Assembly: GCA_937897365.1 (NCBI GenBank)
Contig: CALCOP010000126.1
Location: 1-49,091 of the forward strand
Length of the DNA stretch: 49,091 nt
Direction: 5' to 3'
Source of the DNA: an uncultured euryarchaeote
GTDB taxonomy: Archaea; Thermoplasmatota; Poseidoniia; Poseidoniales; Poseidoniaceae
In this document: piece by piece, positions 24,857 to 34,346 of the stretch
How positions within the stretch are numbered: position 1 is the stretch's first letter
Layout: each line of letters starts with the position of its first letter
The notes under the pieces: generated by a model
Told to the model about the DNA's origin: nothing
What the model saw: the letters and a program-made list of their open reading frames with translations, nothing else
Databases searched by the model: none
Position numbers and translations under genes: made by a program

Positions 24857-25492
24857 TCAGTCCTCTCCTACAATTACTGGCTTATCGCTGGCACGTTCGA
24901 TACTTGGAGCACCACCAATCCGAATTATTTTCTCACGCAGCAATCCAAAACCATCGATGAGGGCTTCAGGGCGAGGGGGGCAACCGGGAACATAGACATC
25001 CACAGGGATGACTGTGTCAACACCTTCGAGAATGTTGTAAGACTGGAAGTATGGTCCGCCAGAAATTGCACATTCTCCCATGGCGATACAATACTTTGGC
25101 TCAGGCATTTGCTCCCAAAGACGAACTACCTTGTCGGCGAATTTCTTTGAAATAGGGCCATTGATGAGTAAAACGTCAGACTGCCGGGGAGAGGAACGGA
25201 ACAATACTCCAAACCTGTCACCGTCAAACCGCGGTGTCGCTGCCGCAGCCATCTCGATAGCGCAGCATTTGATACCCAAGTGGAGCGTAAAGAGAGATTT
25301 GCGGCCCGCCCAGTTGAAGTAACGGCCAGCGAGAACACTGAGGAACTTCTTGATACGAGTTGCTTTGAGTGCTTCATCGGTAACTCCTCCAACCATTTCG
25401 ACCAGAGCTCGACTGTTGAACGCTGCAAAATTATCGCCTTCCGCCATCATGCCCACCTCAAATGTAAATGCGTCCTCGCTTGCGGAAAACAT
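24857..25492 (-). CDS. nuoB: NADH-quinone oxidoreductase subunit B (20-kDa, N2 cluster)
   Basis: GIKCCAIEMAAA, SPRQSDVLLINGPI, MGECAISGGPY and YVPGCPPRPEAL. ATG 25492 overlaps nuoA by 35 nt. Alternative ATGs lie at 25450 and 25447 (MMAEGDNF). Confidence 0.9.
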   Translation of the reverse strand: MFSASEDAFTFEVGMMAEGDNFAAFNSRALVEMVGGVTDEALKATRIKKFLSVLAGRYFNWAGRKSLFTLHLGIKCCAIEMAAAATPRFDGDRFGVLFRSSPRQSDVLLINGPISKKFADKVVRLWEQMPEPKYCIAMGECAISGGPYFQSYNILEGVDTVIPVDVYVPGCPPRPEALIDGFGLLREKIIRIGGAPSIERASDKPVIVGED

Positions 25493-25943
25493 ACCAAACG
25501 CCTAACGACATAATGGCAAAGAAAAGACCGAGAAGAAGCAGAGCACTCTTCGCTTCATCAACCGCTCCGGCTGCTGCACCTGGAGATGTTGCATCAGATG
25601 CGACCATGCCCCCGAGAACAAGGAACATAAACGCAACATCGAAAACGAGGAAGATGATAGCATACCAGTAATATTGGAAATGGAATTGAATCATTGCATC
25701 CCCTACTGGCTCACTACCGCATTCAAAAGTAGTGAGGCGCCGTGGATAGAGGCTGTGATCGCGTTCATAGCCTTCAAGCAAATAGGAACGGGTGATATGA
25801 GGACGGGCTGGATCAACACGTGGCCGAACGACCCATGTGATAACGAAATTTGTCAACGGCATAATGATTCCAAGAACTGTCAAAAAACCAATTGACAGAT
25901 ACGCACTTGGAACTGATTCAAGCCCCGACATATTTTCACCCAT
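25458..25943 (-). CDS. nuoA: NADH-quinone oxidoreductase subunit A
   Basis: Three-TM protein with FECGSEPVGDAMIQFHFQYYWYAIIFLVFDV (NuoA/ND3 motif). First ATG is at 25943. The ORF track starts at TTG 25949. Confidence 0.8.
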   Translation of the reverse strand: MGENMSGLESVPSAYLSIGFLTVLGIIMPLTNFVITWVVRPRVDPARPHITRSYLLEGYERDHSLYPRRLTTFECGSEPVGDAMIQFHFQYYWYAIIFLVFDVAFMFLVLGGMVASDATSPGAAAGAVDEAKSALLLLGLFFAIMSLGVWYVFRKRGRIYI

Positions 25944-26069
25944 GTGCAAAGCATACGCTCGGCAATCTTTCCGACTTGAAGGTCCCCCATAAGTATTCCC
26001 AAATCATACATTCGAAAGTGAACGATATGAGTATGTGAAAACAAGAGTACTGCAAGGCATCAATTGTTT

Positions 26070-28997
26070 TCAGGAACGGCGTTGGCCGAAGATACTTCGA
26101 GAGGCAAAAACAATCAGTAAAATCACAGCCAAACCTGCTAACCCGTTATACATGGTTTCCTCTTGAATTCCAAGACCGAAGAGTCCTGCAGATACATCAC
26201 CGTTGACCGTAAATTCAATGTTTACTCGGTCCACGACTCCGGTTTCAACTGGCTCTGCAGAGAGTGTGAATTTGTATGTATCAGCAACTTCGGCACCAAC
26301 CGGGGTTCGAATTGTAACCTGAATCTGCAAAGATTGGCCAACTTCGACATCGCAGATAAATTCTGTAATATCTTGTTCGCAGGAATCTTGGCCATTTGGC
26401 TCGTCCAGAACGACGTTCCAACCACGGAAACTTTCCGAGGTGAAGACGAGAACTTCCGCATCGACATTGCCCGTGTTCGTAAGGTTCACAATAAACTCTT
26501 CTTCATTCGAATATTCAACATCAAATTCAGTGGCTGTTTGTTCACGGTCAAATTCAAACTCGTAGATGATTTGAACGTCAAGAGAAATATCAAAATGGCC
26601 AGATCTATTTGCAGCATTCTTCGTGCTCAATACGACCAATTCGAGAAGGCCACCATCACCCGTTGATGCACTTGGATTGACAGTGATTTCAAGTTCAAAA
26701 TACAATTCAAAAGGACGAGCGTCATAACCGCCGGCACAATATCCGAGTGCACACATCTGTGTTTCAGCGGAATCCTTTGTAGCTCCGATCACAGGTTCTC
26801 CGGAGGCGTCAACGAGGAATCGGCTGTTGTTTTGATCCCAAATACCAAAACCAACTGGAACCGTGAACTCACCGTCGACTGTAAGGCCGTAGAGTGTTAT
26901 CTCTCGAGTCGCAAGACCTTCAAGTCCTGAGATATCAAACACCGCTTGGTCCTTTCCATCTCCAGTATTTTGCACCCAGAAGCCGTATGTCTGAGTGCCA
27001 GATGGTGGAAGGAGTGCCGAGCCTGAGCGTTGGTCCAAACCCCCATCAACTAAGCGCACGTCCATCGAAAATACGCGGTCTGATAAAATGGCGAGGAAGA
27101 CAAATTCTCGTTGGTTGTCAGGTAAACCGTCACCGTTTTCGTCGCCCGAATTTGAGGTGTCATCTTTGTTGATTATGCGTACTGTCAGCCTGCTGGACGA
27201 GAGCTCTTCCTCGCCATCAATACTGACGACCATGAAGACTTGAGTTGAACTCTGCGGTGCAATGGCAATTCCTTGTGAAGAGGAAATGATGTTACCATTG
27301 CTGTCTTCACAGTAGACATCCCACTCTGGTGAAGCAGTCTGGTCTTGCTCAATACATCGATAATTATCTTCAATGTTTCCAGTATTTTGAATCGTTATTG
27401 GGAACTTCACAAGAGATCCTGAACGACCTGTTTGTTCGAGTGCAGTTGCTTGCGCTTCAATCCCATGAATCGCCTTTACCGTAACGGTGAGGGTGACTTC
27501 AGCATATGCGACTCCACCTCCAGCAGGTAAGACTGAAAAAGCGATTGATATTTGCTCTGTAGCCAGTGCATTACTTGGAACATTGACGACAAATGCTACA
27601 TTTTCACTCTTTTCCGAACCGTGCTTGGAGCCAACGGAAACGGTGGTTGAGTCGAGTTGCACACTCCAACCCGAAGGTGGTGCTGAAGCGGAAATTCGAA
27701 GGTTATCTACACCGTTCCCTTGGTTTGTAACCGTGAGGGTCGCAGTGCCATTCGAGCCTGGCTCGATGTTTGAGAGCATCGAAGTTGAAAGCGAGAGGCT
27801 TGCCCCGAAAGACTGACCTACAATGACTCTCAGTTCTTGAGAACATTTGACCGTGTTTCCGTCTTTCGCTTGGATTTGAATCACGGATTCATCCCCAGCA
27901 GTGACAGAATCATCGGGAGTAACTACAATATCGAATGATTTCGTACCGTCTCCGTCAGAATACGGTAAGATTCCAGAGGATGCTCCGTCATAGTTCACCC
28001 ATCCCGAACGGCTACCTGCTTTCGCCATTGAAACCGACCAGTCACTGTTTCCTGTATTCGAGAGAGTTGCGGTTAAACTGGCTTCATCATCAGGGTCAAC
28101 AGTCATACTGGTTTTCGATAAAACCATAGAGCATTCATGTAATTCTGGCACGGTTAAATCAAAATCTTCGACATCCGATGCTTCTTGGGAAGGGTCACTG
28201 GTAACCGTTCCAGTAATCTCCCAACAATATTTGTTCGCCTCTTGGCCTGCGGGGACTTCGACTGAGACGGTCACCGTTTCGGTTTCGTTTTGGTCCAGCG
28301 ATACTGTCTCCTCATCCAAGTCGACAGTGAGGTCGTCAGCATTTTGACAACCATTACCTCCTGTCTCATCAACAGAAAGAGCGATTGTTTCATTGGTTTG
28401 GCCCGTATTCTCAACGATGATGTCATACTCAATGACCGATTCACCAGCCCATTGCTGGCTGCGTTGGGATTCTGACGCCATAGACAAGTCAACACCAAAT
28501 ACTGCAGAGCCGGAACCATCGCCAGCTGTTGTTGTCACAATTTTCGTTTCTGTAGCGGGTTGACCAGCAACTTCTGGTGGTGTCGGCGCTTCAGTAGCCT
28601 GTGCGGTAATGGTCGTGTCGCAACTTCCTTCAGCGGTTTGTGTCAACGTTACGTTCATCGTTGTTTCACCGTAATCATTGGATTCAATAACGCCCGGAAT
28701 TTGCTGGATATTTGATGAATATGCGCCACATTCTTGCGTAGCTTCTTCGCTTGAAGAAAGTGAAATAGTGACTGCAGTAGGACCATTGTTGTATATTCTG
28801 ACCGTGTATTCTCCCGCTTCACCAGGGTTCACTTCAAGCCCGTTTGAAGGCGATGTTTGAATCGAAATACTTGCGTCACGACCGCCATCTGCACCGACCG
28901 TCGGTGTAAACATAGGTACAACCGAGAGAATTAGGAGACCGACAAGGAAGATTGCACGTTTTGAGGCGTGCGCGGTGTTTATTTCTCGGGGGTCCAT
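26070..28997 (-). CDS. Large surface protein with NEW3/CARDB-like repeats and a C-terminal TM anchor
   Basis: ATG 28997 gives MDPREINTAHASKRAIFLVGLLILSVVPMFTPTVGADG (signal). Repeated modules of the type NPGEAGEYTVRIYNNGPTAVTISL, PGSNGTATLTVTNQGNGVDNLRISASAPPSGWSV and GSLVKFPITIQNTGNIEDNY. C-terminus GLAGLAVILLIVFASRSIFGQRRS. Confidence 0.75.
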   Translation of the reverse strand: MDPREINTAHASKRAIFLVGLLILSVVPMFTPTVGADGGRDASISIQTSPSNGLEVNPGEAGEYTVRIYNNGPTAVTISLSSSEEATQECGAYSSNIQQIPGVIESNDYGETTMNVTLTQTAEGSCDTTITAQATEAPTPPEVAGQPATETKIVTTTAGDGSGSAVFGVDLSMASESQRSQQWAGESVIEYDIIVENTGQTNETIALSVDETGGNGCQNADDLTVDLDEETVSLDQNETETVTVSVEVPAGQEANKYCWEITGTVTSDPSQEASDVEDFDLTVPELHECSMVLSKTSMTVDPDDEASLTATLSNTGNSDWSVSMAKAGSRSGWVNYDGASSGILPYSDGDGTKSFDIVVTPDDSVTAGDESVIQIQAKDGNTVKCSQELRVIVGQSFGASLSLSTSMLSNIEPGSNGTATLTVTNQGNGVDNLRISASAPPSGWSVQLDSTTVSVGSKHGSEKSENVAFVVNVPSNALATEQISIAFSVLPAGGGVAYAEVTLTVTVKAIHGIEAQATALEQTGRSGSLVKFPITIQNTGNIEDNYRCIEQDQTASPEWDVYCEDSNGNIISSSQGIAIAPQSSTQVFMVVSIDGEEELSSSRLTVRIINKDDTSNSGDENGDGLPDNQREFVFLAILSDRVFSMDVRLVDGGLDQRSGSALLPPSGTQTYGFWVQNTGDGKDQAVFDISGLEGLATREITLYGLTVDGEFTVPVGFGIWDQNNSRFLVDASGEPVIGATKDSAETQMCALGYCAGGYDARPFELYFELEITVNPSASTGDGGLLELVVLSTKNAANRSGHFDISLDVQIIYEFEFDREQTATEFDVEYSNEEEFIVNLTNTGNVDAEVLVFTSESFRGWNVVLDEPNGQDSCEQDITEFICDVEVGQSLQIQVTIRTPVGAEVADTYKFTLSAEPVETGVVDRVNIEFTVNGDVSAGLFGLGIQEETMYNGLAGLAVILLIVFASRSIFGQRRS

Positions 28998-29070
28998 GAC
29001 CCCCGGTGGCGGCCTTACTATCAAAAGACTACCCTTCGATGACTCAAGGAAATCAAACAAGGTTATGAAA

Positions 29071-32000
29071 TCATGCCTCTACGAATGAAGACACATCAGT
29101 TTGACAATTCATGCATTGCGTTAGCGCATTTGAAGAACAAGATGGGTGGTCGGCACGATGGTAACGGGCTCCACAACCAGGGCATCCAAGCATTCCTCCC
29201 GTAATTTCACCTCGACAAGACCAACACAAAGGCCCTTTTTTCGCTGTTTGCTCAAGAGGTGCAATCGGTTTGAGAGAAGGAAGCGCATTGATGCGAGCGG
29301 GGATGTTTGGCATCGGAAGTGGAGGCCGTGTAGCCGATTTCGGTTTTCTTTGAGTGAAAATTACTGTTCCGATCAAAAGGGCGACAAGAACGACGCCCAC
29401 GAGGATACTACCTATCGGTAATGATTGTCCTGAAGTCCCGATGGGTTCTCCCTCCGAGGTGACTTGTAATTCAATCGAGGAATTGATCATGCCATCAGCG
29501 CCTTGTAATCCGAGAGAAAGAATGCCATCACCAGGCAGGTCAGCCCGGACGAGGAGTCGGATTTTCATCGATTCTCCAGGTTCCAAATTCGCAATGTCAT
29601 TTCCGTCGATTTCAGCTTCCCAATTTTTAGATTCTTCAAGGACTAATTTATGCGAAAAGGCAACATTTCCTGCGTTCAGTAAAGTGACTTCCAATTCTTC
29701 TTGAAGGCCAGTGGAAAACGGCGTGTTACGTTCTTGAACCCATGCGGACTCAATCACAGTAGCGACTCGAAGACCAATGTTTTCAGTGTATTCTACACCT
29801 CCACCGTCGAGTTTGAGCACGAAAGAGGGTTCACTCATCGGAGCCATTCCAGTGGATATCAGAATCGTGCACGTTACCGGTGAGACATCGCCGTATCCAA
29901 TCGGCTCAATTGCTGAACAGTCACCAAACAAACCGTTACTCAAAGAGACGGAGGCGGTTGGCTGCCATTCTACATCGGCTTCATTTCCAATCAGCCATGT
30001 AAACATGAGTGGTACACCAGCCGGATGAGAGCCTTCGCCAAACGGCGTATCCCATGATGTTCCGTCTTGCAGTGCGAGGTTCACAAATCCAAGAGTAGGT
30101 TGGGCAAGTGCCTCGACGTTAAATTGCCCTACCCATGTGATTCGTTCAGTTCCACTATCAAGATGAAGTTTCACTTCTCCGGAAGTTCCACTTCCGTCAC
30201 CCGAGATTCCAAACAAGAGATTCTTCGAAGTAGACCACGGAAGGTCAAACGGTTCTATTTCCGAAGTGACTGACCAGCCTGATGGAAGTTCAAATGAGGG
30301 TGTAAAGGACAAGTCAACATTACCCCTGTGTTCCAACGAAAAGAGCATGCTGAAGAATGAATCGGGCCGAAGGACACCGAGGTTCGTCTCTAAATCAACG
30401 TCAACCTGTTTGACCGTTTCAATTTTGATTGGAATATCAAAAATCCACGTTTCGGTGATCTCAGTCTGGGAAATCGCAGTTAAGCGCACCATTCGTTCAG
30501 CACCTGCTGCAGTCATGACCTGAGGGGGTGTGAAAGACATACCAATAACGCGATGACTGTCTTTGACAATCAGACCTGTCGAACCCGAACTTGCGCCGGG
30601 CACACTGGATAAGGTGTCGAAACCAGCATCCCAGCCAGCAGGAGCTTCGAGGAATAAATCATAGCCGATGTCAGCATTTCCGATATTGAAGAGGCGAATG
30701 TCAATACTTGTTGGATCAGTTGGAGACACCGGTACGATTTGATAATCATACTCAAGACGGAGATTTGGAATGTCAGGTACTTCAAGATACAGCATGTAAG
30801 GATAAGAAACACCGTTATCGACATCAATACCAAGTAAATCGACACGATACAAACCGGGTAAAGGTGGAGTGGGGTGAACCAAAGTGACAACAATTTCAGC
30901 TGAATCTTGACCAGAGAGGGTGAAGTTTGATTCATTGGCTCCGACATACCATGATTCGGTCTGACCTGTATCTTCATTCATGACACTCTGAGTAAGCAAA
31001 CTGGCATTGGTAGATACCAACGCCGTATTGGTAAGCGTGAGGTTCCATGATGATGTCGACTGACTGGTGTTGAGCAAGACGAGCGATTGAGGTTCGGCAG
31101 AAAGTTTGACGCCTGGAGCCGTGACGTTCACCGAAATATCGTGACGATTGTTGTTTTCAAGTATCTCCTCGATTTCATCGCTTGGATCTATAATGAAAGA
31201 AACGGTTGACTGCCCTGCAATTTGAGGAGTCCAATACCAGATTTGAGTTTTTGATGAACCGGCGCCAAGATCGATATTCTTACTATCGATTTCAACGCCA
31301 TCCACTTCTAAAACAATATCGAAATAATCTGCACGAACATTGCCCACATTGAACACCTTTGAAGTCAATTGCAGTTGATCTCCAACCTGAGGGATCGTCA
31401 CCGACATGGAAAATTCATCTTCGAGTATTGTTGGGTCTGGGCGCAAATCGTTCACGCCATGACCCATAACTGCAATGGCAAACGGCTGAGCTTTGCTACC
31501 TCCGTGATACGCATCTTTCACTTTCACCGTCCATACTCCAAGTTCCGCATTATCGACCAACACGACTTCGACATTGTTGATGCCGTCAGCACTTCCACCT
31601 GTTGTCGAACGACCGTTTGCAAAATCGTTTCCAAGATATATCTCGCCACTTGGGGTTGTCACCTCGATATCGAGATTATTGACTAACTGTGTACTGGAAA
31701 ACGGTGAGCCTCGTTCGTCAGACCATGCCAGTACTGTTTTGAATCCTGAATTCGCTTGAGAGATGTTAAACGTGTAACTCTTCGAATTACCAGTTCCTGA
31801 GAGTACCGAGCGGTCATCAACCCAAATGCCTTGACCCGAAGTTGGTGCAAGCGTATTTCGTAAATCGACCCTTCCCCAGCCTTCATCATCATTGGGGATA
31901 TTACGAGAACCAATGTCTTGGGCACCGAGAATCAACAGGGCCTTTACCAGCGCTCCTTGGGGTGCAGGTCGTTGTGCAATTTCTTCGAGGTATTCACGAA

Positions 32001-33615
32001 TCATTACCGCAGCACCTGCAGCGTTTGGTGTCGCCATTGAAGTTCCAGTGTATTCAAGATAGTAGGTATTCGACCATGTCGAACTGCCGGTATCCGTTGC
32101 CTCCTGAGCACGACAAGAACGAACGTAACCGCCTGGGGCGAGAATGTCTGGTTTGATTCGGCCGTCATCGGTTGGTCCACGAGATGAACCTGACATGATT
32201 GAATCTGGAGCACCCGAATATCGGTTTTGATGGTTACCAACAGTAATCGTATTTTTCGCAGTTGATGGAGCACCAACAGTACCTGAGTCAGGTCCATCGT
32301 TGCCAGCAGCAAAGAGGATTGTTAAGCCATTGCGCCCGTTGTAGTATCGGTCATAATAATTCGCGCGGTCATCGACATCTTCGCTCTCAGATGTGTATTT
32401 ACCTTGGTCACTTTCAAGTGCGGAACCCCACGAATTTGTGTGCGTATAAGCACCAGCAGAGTAAGCACTATTGAGCAAATAATTGAGAGAAGGTGATTGG
32501 AAATTACCAGTGTTATCATTTTCCATGGCTTGGAAATACAGTTCTGAAGCTGTAGCAACTCCAGAGTATCCGCCTTGCGATCCGTCACCAAGAACAGTAC
32601 ATGCAACATGCGTTCCATGACCGGAGTGTTTGTCAGCCGTAGAACCGTCGCCAATGACGTCATTGTTGGCAACAACTCGGTTGCCAAAGTCGCCATGATC
32701 TGCATCGAGACCTGAGTCTGCAACGGCGACTATTTGGCCAGAACCATCAAGATCGGTGGTAAAATAACTGGTCATCTGGGAGGTTTTCATGTGATTACGT
32801 GCTTGGCTGTTGTCGATACTTATGGTTGGTTCAAAACGAAATGTACGCAGCGAAGGTTGGGATACAATTCCAACAATGTCTTCTGTAGAAAGAACGCCTT
32901 GGTAACGACCGGCATCCCATTGACGGGATTCAGAAAAAGCAAGGGGGAGAAGTTCGGAAACTTTCTGAACGAGTTGAGAGCCGGCTGCATCAACGAATGT
33001 GACCGAGTCCATTGGACCCTCATTATTTCTCCAACCTTCTATTCGCATCGATTGGCCTTGCAATGCTTGCTCCCCGCCGTCAAGGAGTAAAACATCGAGG
33101 ACCGGTTCATCGACGAGAAGCGCTAAAGGGACGGAATGTTGAGCAAGTACGCCTTCAACAGAAACGATACTGGCAAGAGCGAACGGGGTTCCTTGAACCA
33201 GCAGCCCTGAAGGAGCAATCAATTCCCGAACCTCGAGTCCGGGTATATCATCGAGGGCAAAACGCATATCCAACATCAACATCTCGTTTGAGACGAGAAC
33301 TAAACTCAAATCGAGACGAGGCTGTAACCATTCGCTGGGGACCGGACGATTGAGTTGCAAACCATGAATGTCAAAGGTCCCAATACGACTTGAGGCAGTA
33401 TGATCACGAGGTTCACTTGTCGAAGTGAAATCACTGTAACCAACCGCATCTGAATAAACGCCATCTCTCAAATCGAACTGCACCCATTCGATACCACCTG
33501 TATCTTCCATTTCGACGGAATCCACCCCTTTGGGGTGGAGTAAAGGAGACATGCTTTGCAAAACAAAGAGAGAGATGAGGGCGACTGCCCAGAGCATCGA
33601 ACGCTTGACTTGCAC
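29071..33615 (-). CDS. Membrane-anchored subtilisin-like serine protease (peptidase S8) with CARDB/NEW3 repeats and a cytoplasmic zinc-ribbon tail
   Basis: Catalytic triad contexts VAVADSGLDADHGDF (Asp), HSGHGTHVACTV (His) and GTSMATPNAAGAAVMI (Ser). CARDB-like VGDQLQLTSKVFNVGNVRADYFDIVLEVDG...EILENNN. TM helix IGSILVGVVLVALLIGTVIF. Tail CWSC..CPGC..CMNC. GGAGG lies 8 nt upstream of GTG 33615, with an alternative ATG at 33597. Confidence 0.85.
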   Translation of the reverse strand: MQVKRSMLWAVALISLFVLQSMSPLLHPKGVDSVEMEDTGGIEWVQFDLRDGVYSDAVGYSDFTSTSEPRDHTASSRIGTFDIHGLQLNRPVPSEWLQPRLDLSLVLVSNEMLMLDMRFALDDIPGLEVRELIAPSGLLVQGTPFALASIVSVEGVLAQHSVPLALLVDEPVLDVLLLDGGEQALQGQSMRIEGWRNNEGPMDSVTFVDAAGSQLVQKVSELLPLAFSESRQWDAGRYQGVLSTEDIVGIVSQPSLRTFRFEPTISIDNSQARNHMKTSQMTSYFTTDLDGSGQIVAVADSGLDADHGDFGNRVVANNDVIGDGSTADKHSGHGTHVACTVLGDGSQGGYSGVATASELYFQAMENDNTGNFQSPSLNYLLNSAYSAGAYTHTNSWGSALESDQGKYTSESEDVDDRANYYDRYYNGRNGLTILFAAGNDGPDSGTVGAPSTAKNTITVGNHQNRYSGAPDSIMSGSSRGPTDDGRIKPDILAPGGYVRSCRAQEATDTGSSTWSNTYYLEYTGTSMATPNAAGAAVMIREYLEEIAQRPAPQGALVKALLILGAQDIGSRNIPNDDEGWGRVDLRNTLAPTSGQGIWVDDRSVLSGTGNSKSYTFNISQANSGFKTVLAWSDERGSPFSSTQLVNNLDIEVTTPSGEIYLGNDFANGRSTTGGSADGINNVEVVLVDNAELGVWTVKVKDAYHGGSKAQPFAIAVMGHGVNDLRPDPTILEDEFSMSVTIPQVGDQLQLTSKVFNVGNVRADYFDIVLEVDGVEIDSKNIDLGAGSSKTQIWYWTPQIAGQSTVSFIIDPSDEIEEILENNNRHDISVNVTAPGVKLSAEPQSLVLLNTSQSTSSWNLTLTNTALVSTNASLLTQSVMNEDTGQTESWYVGANESNFTLSGQDSAEIVVTLVHPTPPLPGLYRVDLLGIDVDNGVSYPYMLYLEVPDIPNLRLEYDYQIVPVSPTDPTSIDIRLFNIGNADIGYDLFLEAPAGWDAGFDTLSSVPGASSGSTGLIVKDSHRVIGMSFTPPQVMTAAGAERMVRLTAISQTEITETWIFDIPIKIETVKQVDVDLETNLGVLRPDSFFSMLFSLEHRGNVDLSFTPSFELPSGWSVTSEIEPFDLPWSTSKNLLFGISGDGSGTSGEVKLHLDSGTERITWVGQFNVEALAQPTLGFVNLALQDGTSWDTPFGEGSHPAGVPLMFTWLIGNEADVEWQPTASVSLSNGLFGDCSAIEPIGYGDVSPVTCTILISTGMAPMSEPSFVLKLDGGGVEYTENIGLRVATVIESAWVQERNTPFSTGLQEELEVTLLNAGNVAFSHKLVLEESKNWEAEIDGNDIANLEPGESMKIRLLVRADLPGDGILSLGLQGADGMINSSIELQVTSEGEPIGTSGQSLPIGSILVGVVLVALLIGTVIFTQRKPKSATRPPLPMPNIPARINALPSLKPIAPLEQTAKKGPLCWSCRGEITGGMLGCPGCGARYHRADHPSCSSNALTQCMNCQTDVSSFVEA

Positions 33616-33676
33616 ATTTGGTCCTCCCTTCGCCCCGTTTTATCGCTATGGGTATTTTGGGTAGTGAAAAAGCAAT

Positions 33677-34342
33677 TCAAGAAATTGGCCATGTCGTTCT
33701 GTCTGCCTTATCTCTAAAGTATTCATTGCTCCAAACTCCAACAGAATGCGACCACTCTTCGTTCTGAATATTGTTGTTGTAATCTGTGTATTGAAGGTCA
33801 ATAGAAATGATATATTCAGCCCACACAGTATGGCCAATAATCAACATCTCAAGTTTATCACCTGCAAGTGATGAATGCGCATCTATTTCATCGACCGAAA
33901 TAGACATCACGCCAAGAACTTCACCATCAAGGGATTGGAATTCAATTTGCACAGACACATCGGTAATTTCTCGACTACCAACATTGTGTATCTCTGACAT
34001 TAACAAATGTCCGCCTCGTTGAAGATATTGCGTTTCAATATCAACCGCATCTCGTGGTAAAGCCCAGTACCATCCACTGGCCATTACCCCGATGAGAAGA
34101 AGGAATACAATCCCCGCTAAGGCCACCCGACTTGGGCTTACCTCTCGGCGAATCAATTCAATTGCCTTCGACACTTTTTGCATATCTTCATATGTTTCAA
34201 TCCCATCTTCGTCCAGCGAATAACCAAGGGATTCAATTTTTTGTAAACGTGCAACATCAAGTAATCCTACCGACTCAATATCATCTTCATGAACCAACAT
34301 ATCTCCATGTTCGTTGAAGGCAATCTTACTTTCGTCAATCAT
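33677..34342 (-). CDS. Single-pass membrane protein with an acidic N-terminal domain and a CARDB-like ectodomain
   Basis: ATG 34342 (MIDESKIAF...) lies 4 nt after the stop of the 1567-aa gene. TM helix VALAGIVFLLLIGVMASGWYWAL. C-terminal beta domain with IHNVGSREITDVSVQIEF. The ORF-track start at 34444 overlaps the upstream gene. Confidence 0.5.
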   Translation of the reverse strand: MIDESKIAFNEHGDMLVHEDDIESVGLLDVARLQKIESLGYSLDEDGIETYEDMQKVSKAIELIRREVSPSRVALAGIVFLLLIGVMASGWYWALPRDAVDIETQYLQRGGHLLMSEIHNVGSREITDVSVQIEFQSLDGEVLGVMSISVDEIDAHSSLAGDKLEMLIIGHTVWAEYIISIDLQYTDYNNNIQNEEWSHSVGVWSNEYFRDKADRTTWPIS

Positions 34343-34346
34343 TCTA

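Noticed and set aside
29071-29230. Reading the protease tail Cys/His pattern as a PHD/RING-type C4HC3 cross-brace finger
   Set aside because: The ligand count fits, but the spacings (x4-H-x3-H-x2-C-x7-CxxC) do not match the PHD or RING consensus as I recall it. I report it only as two potential Zn sites.
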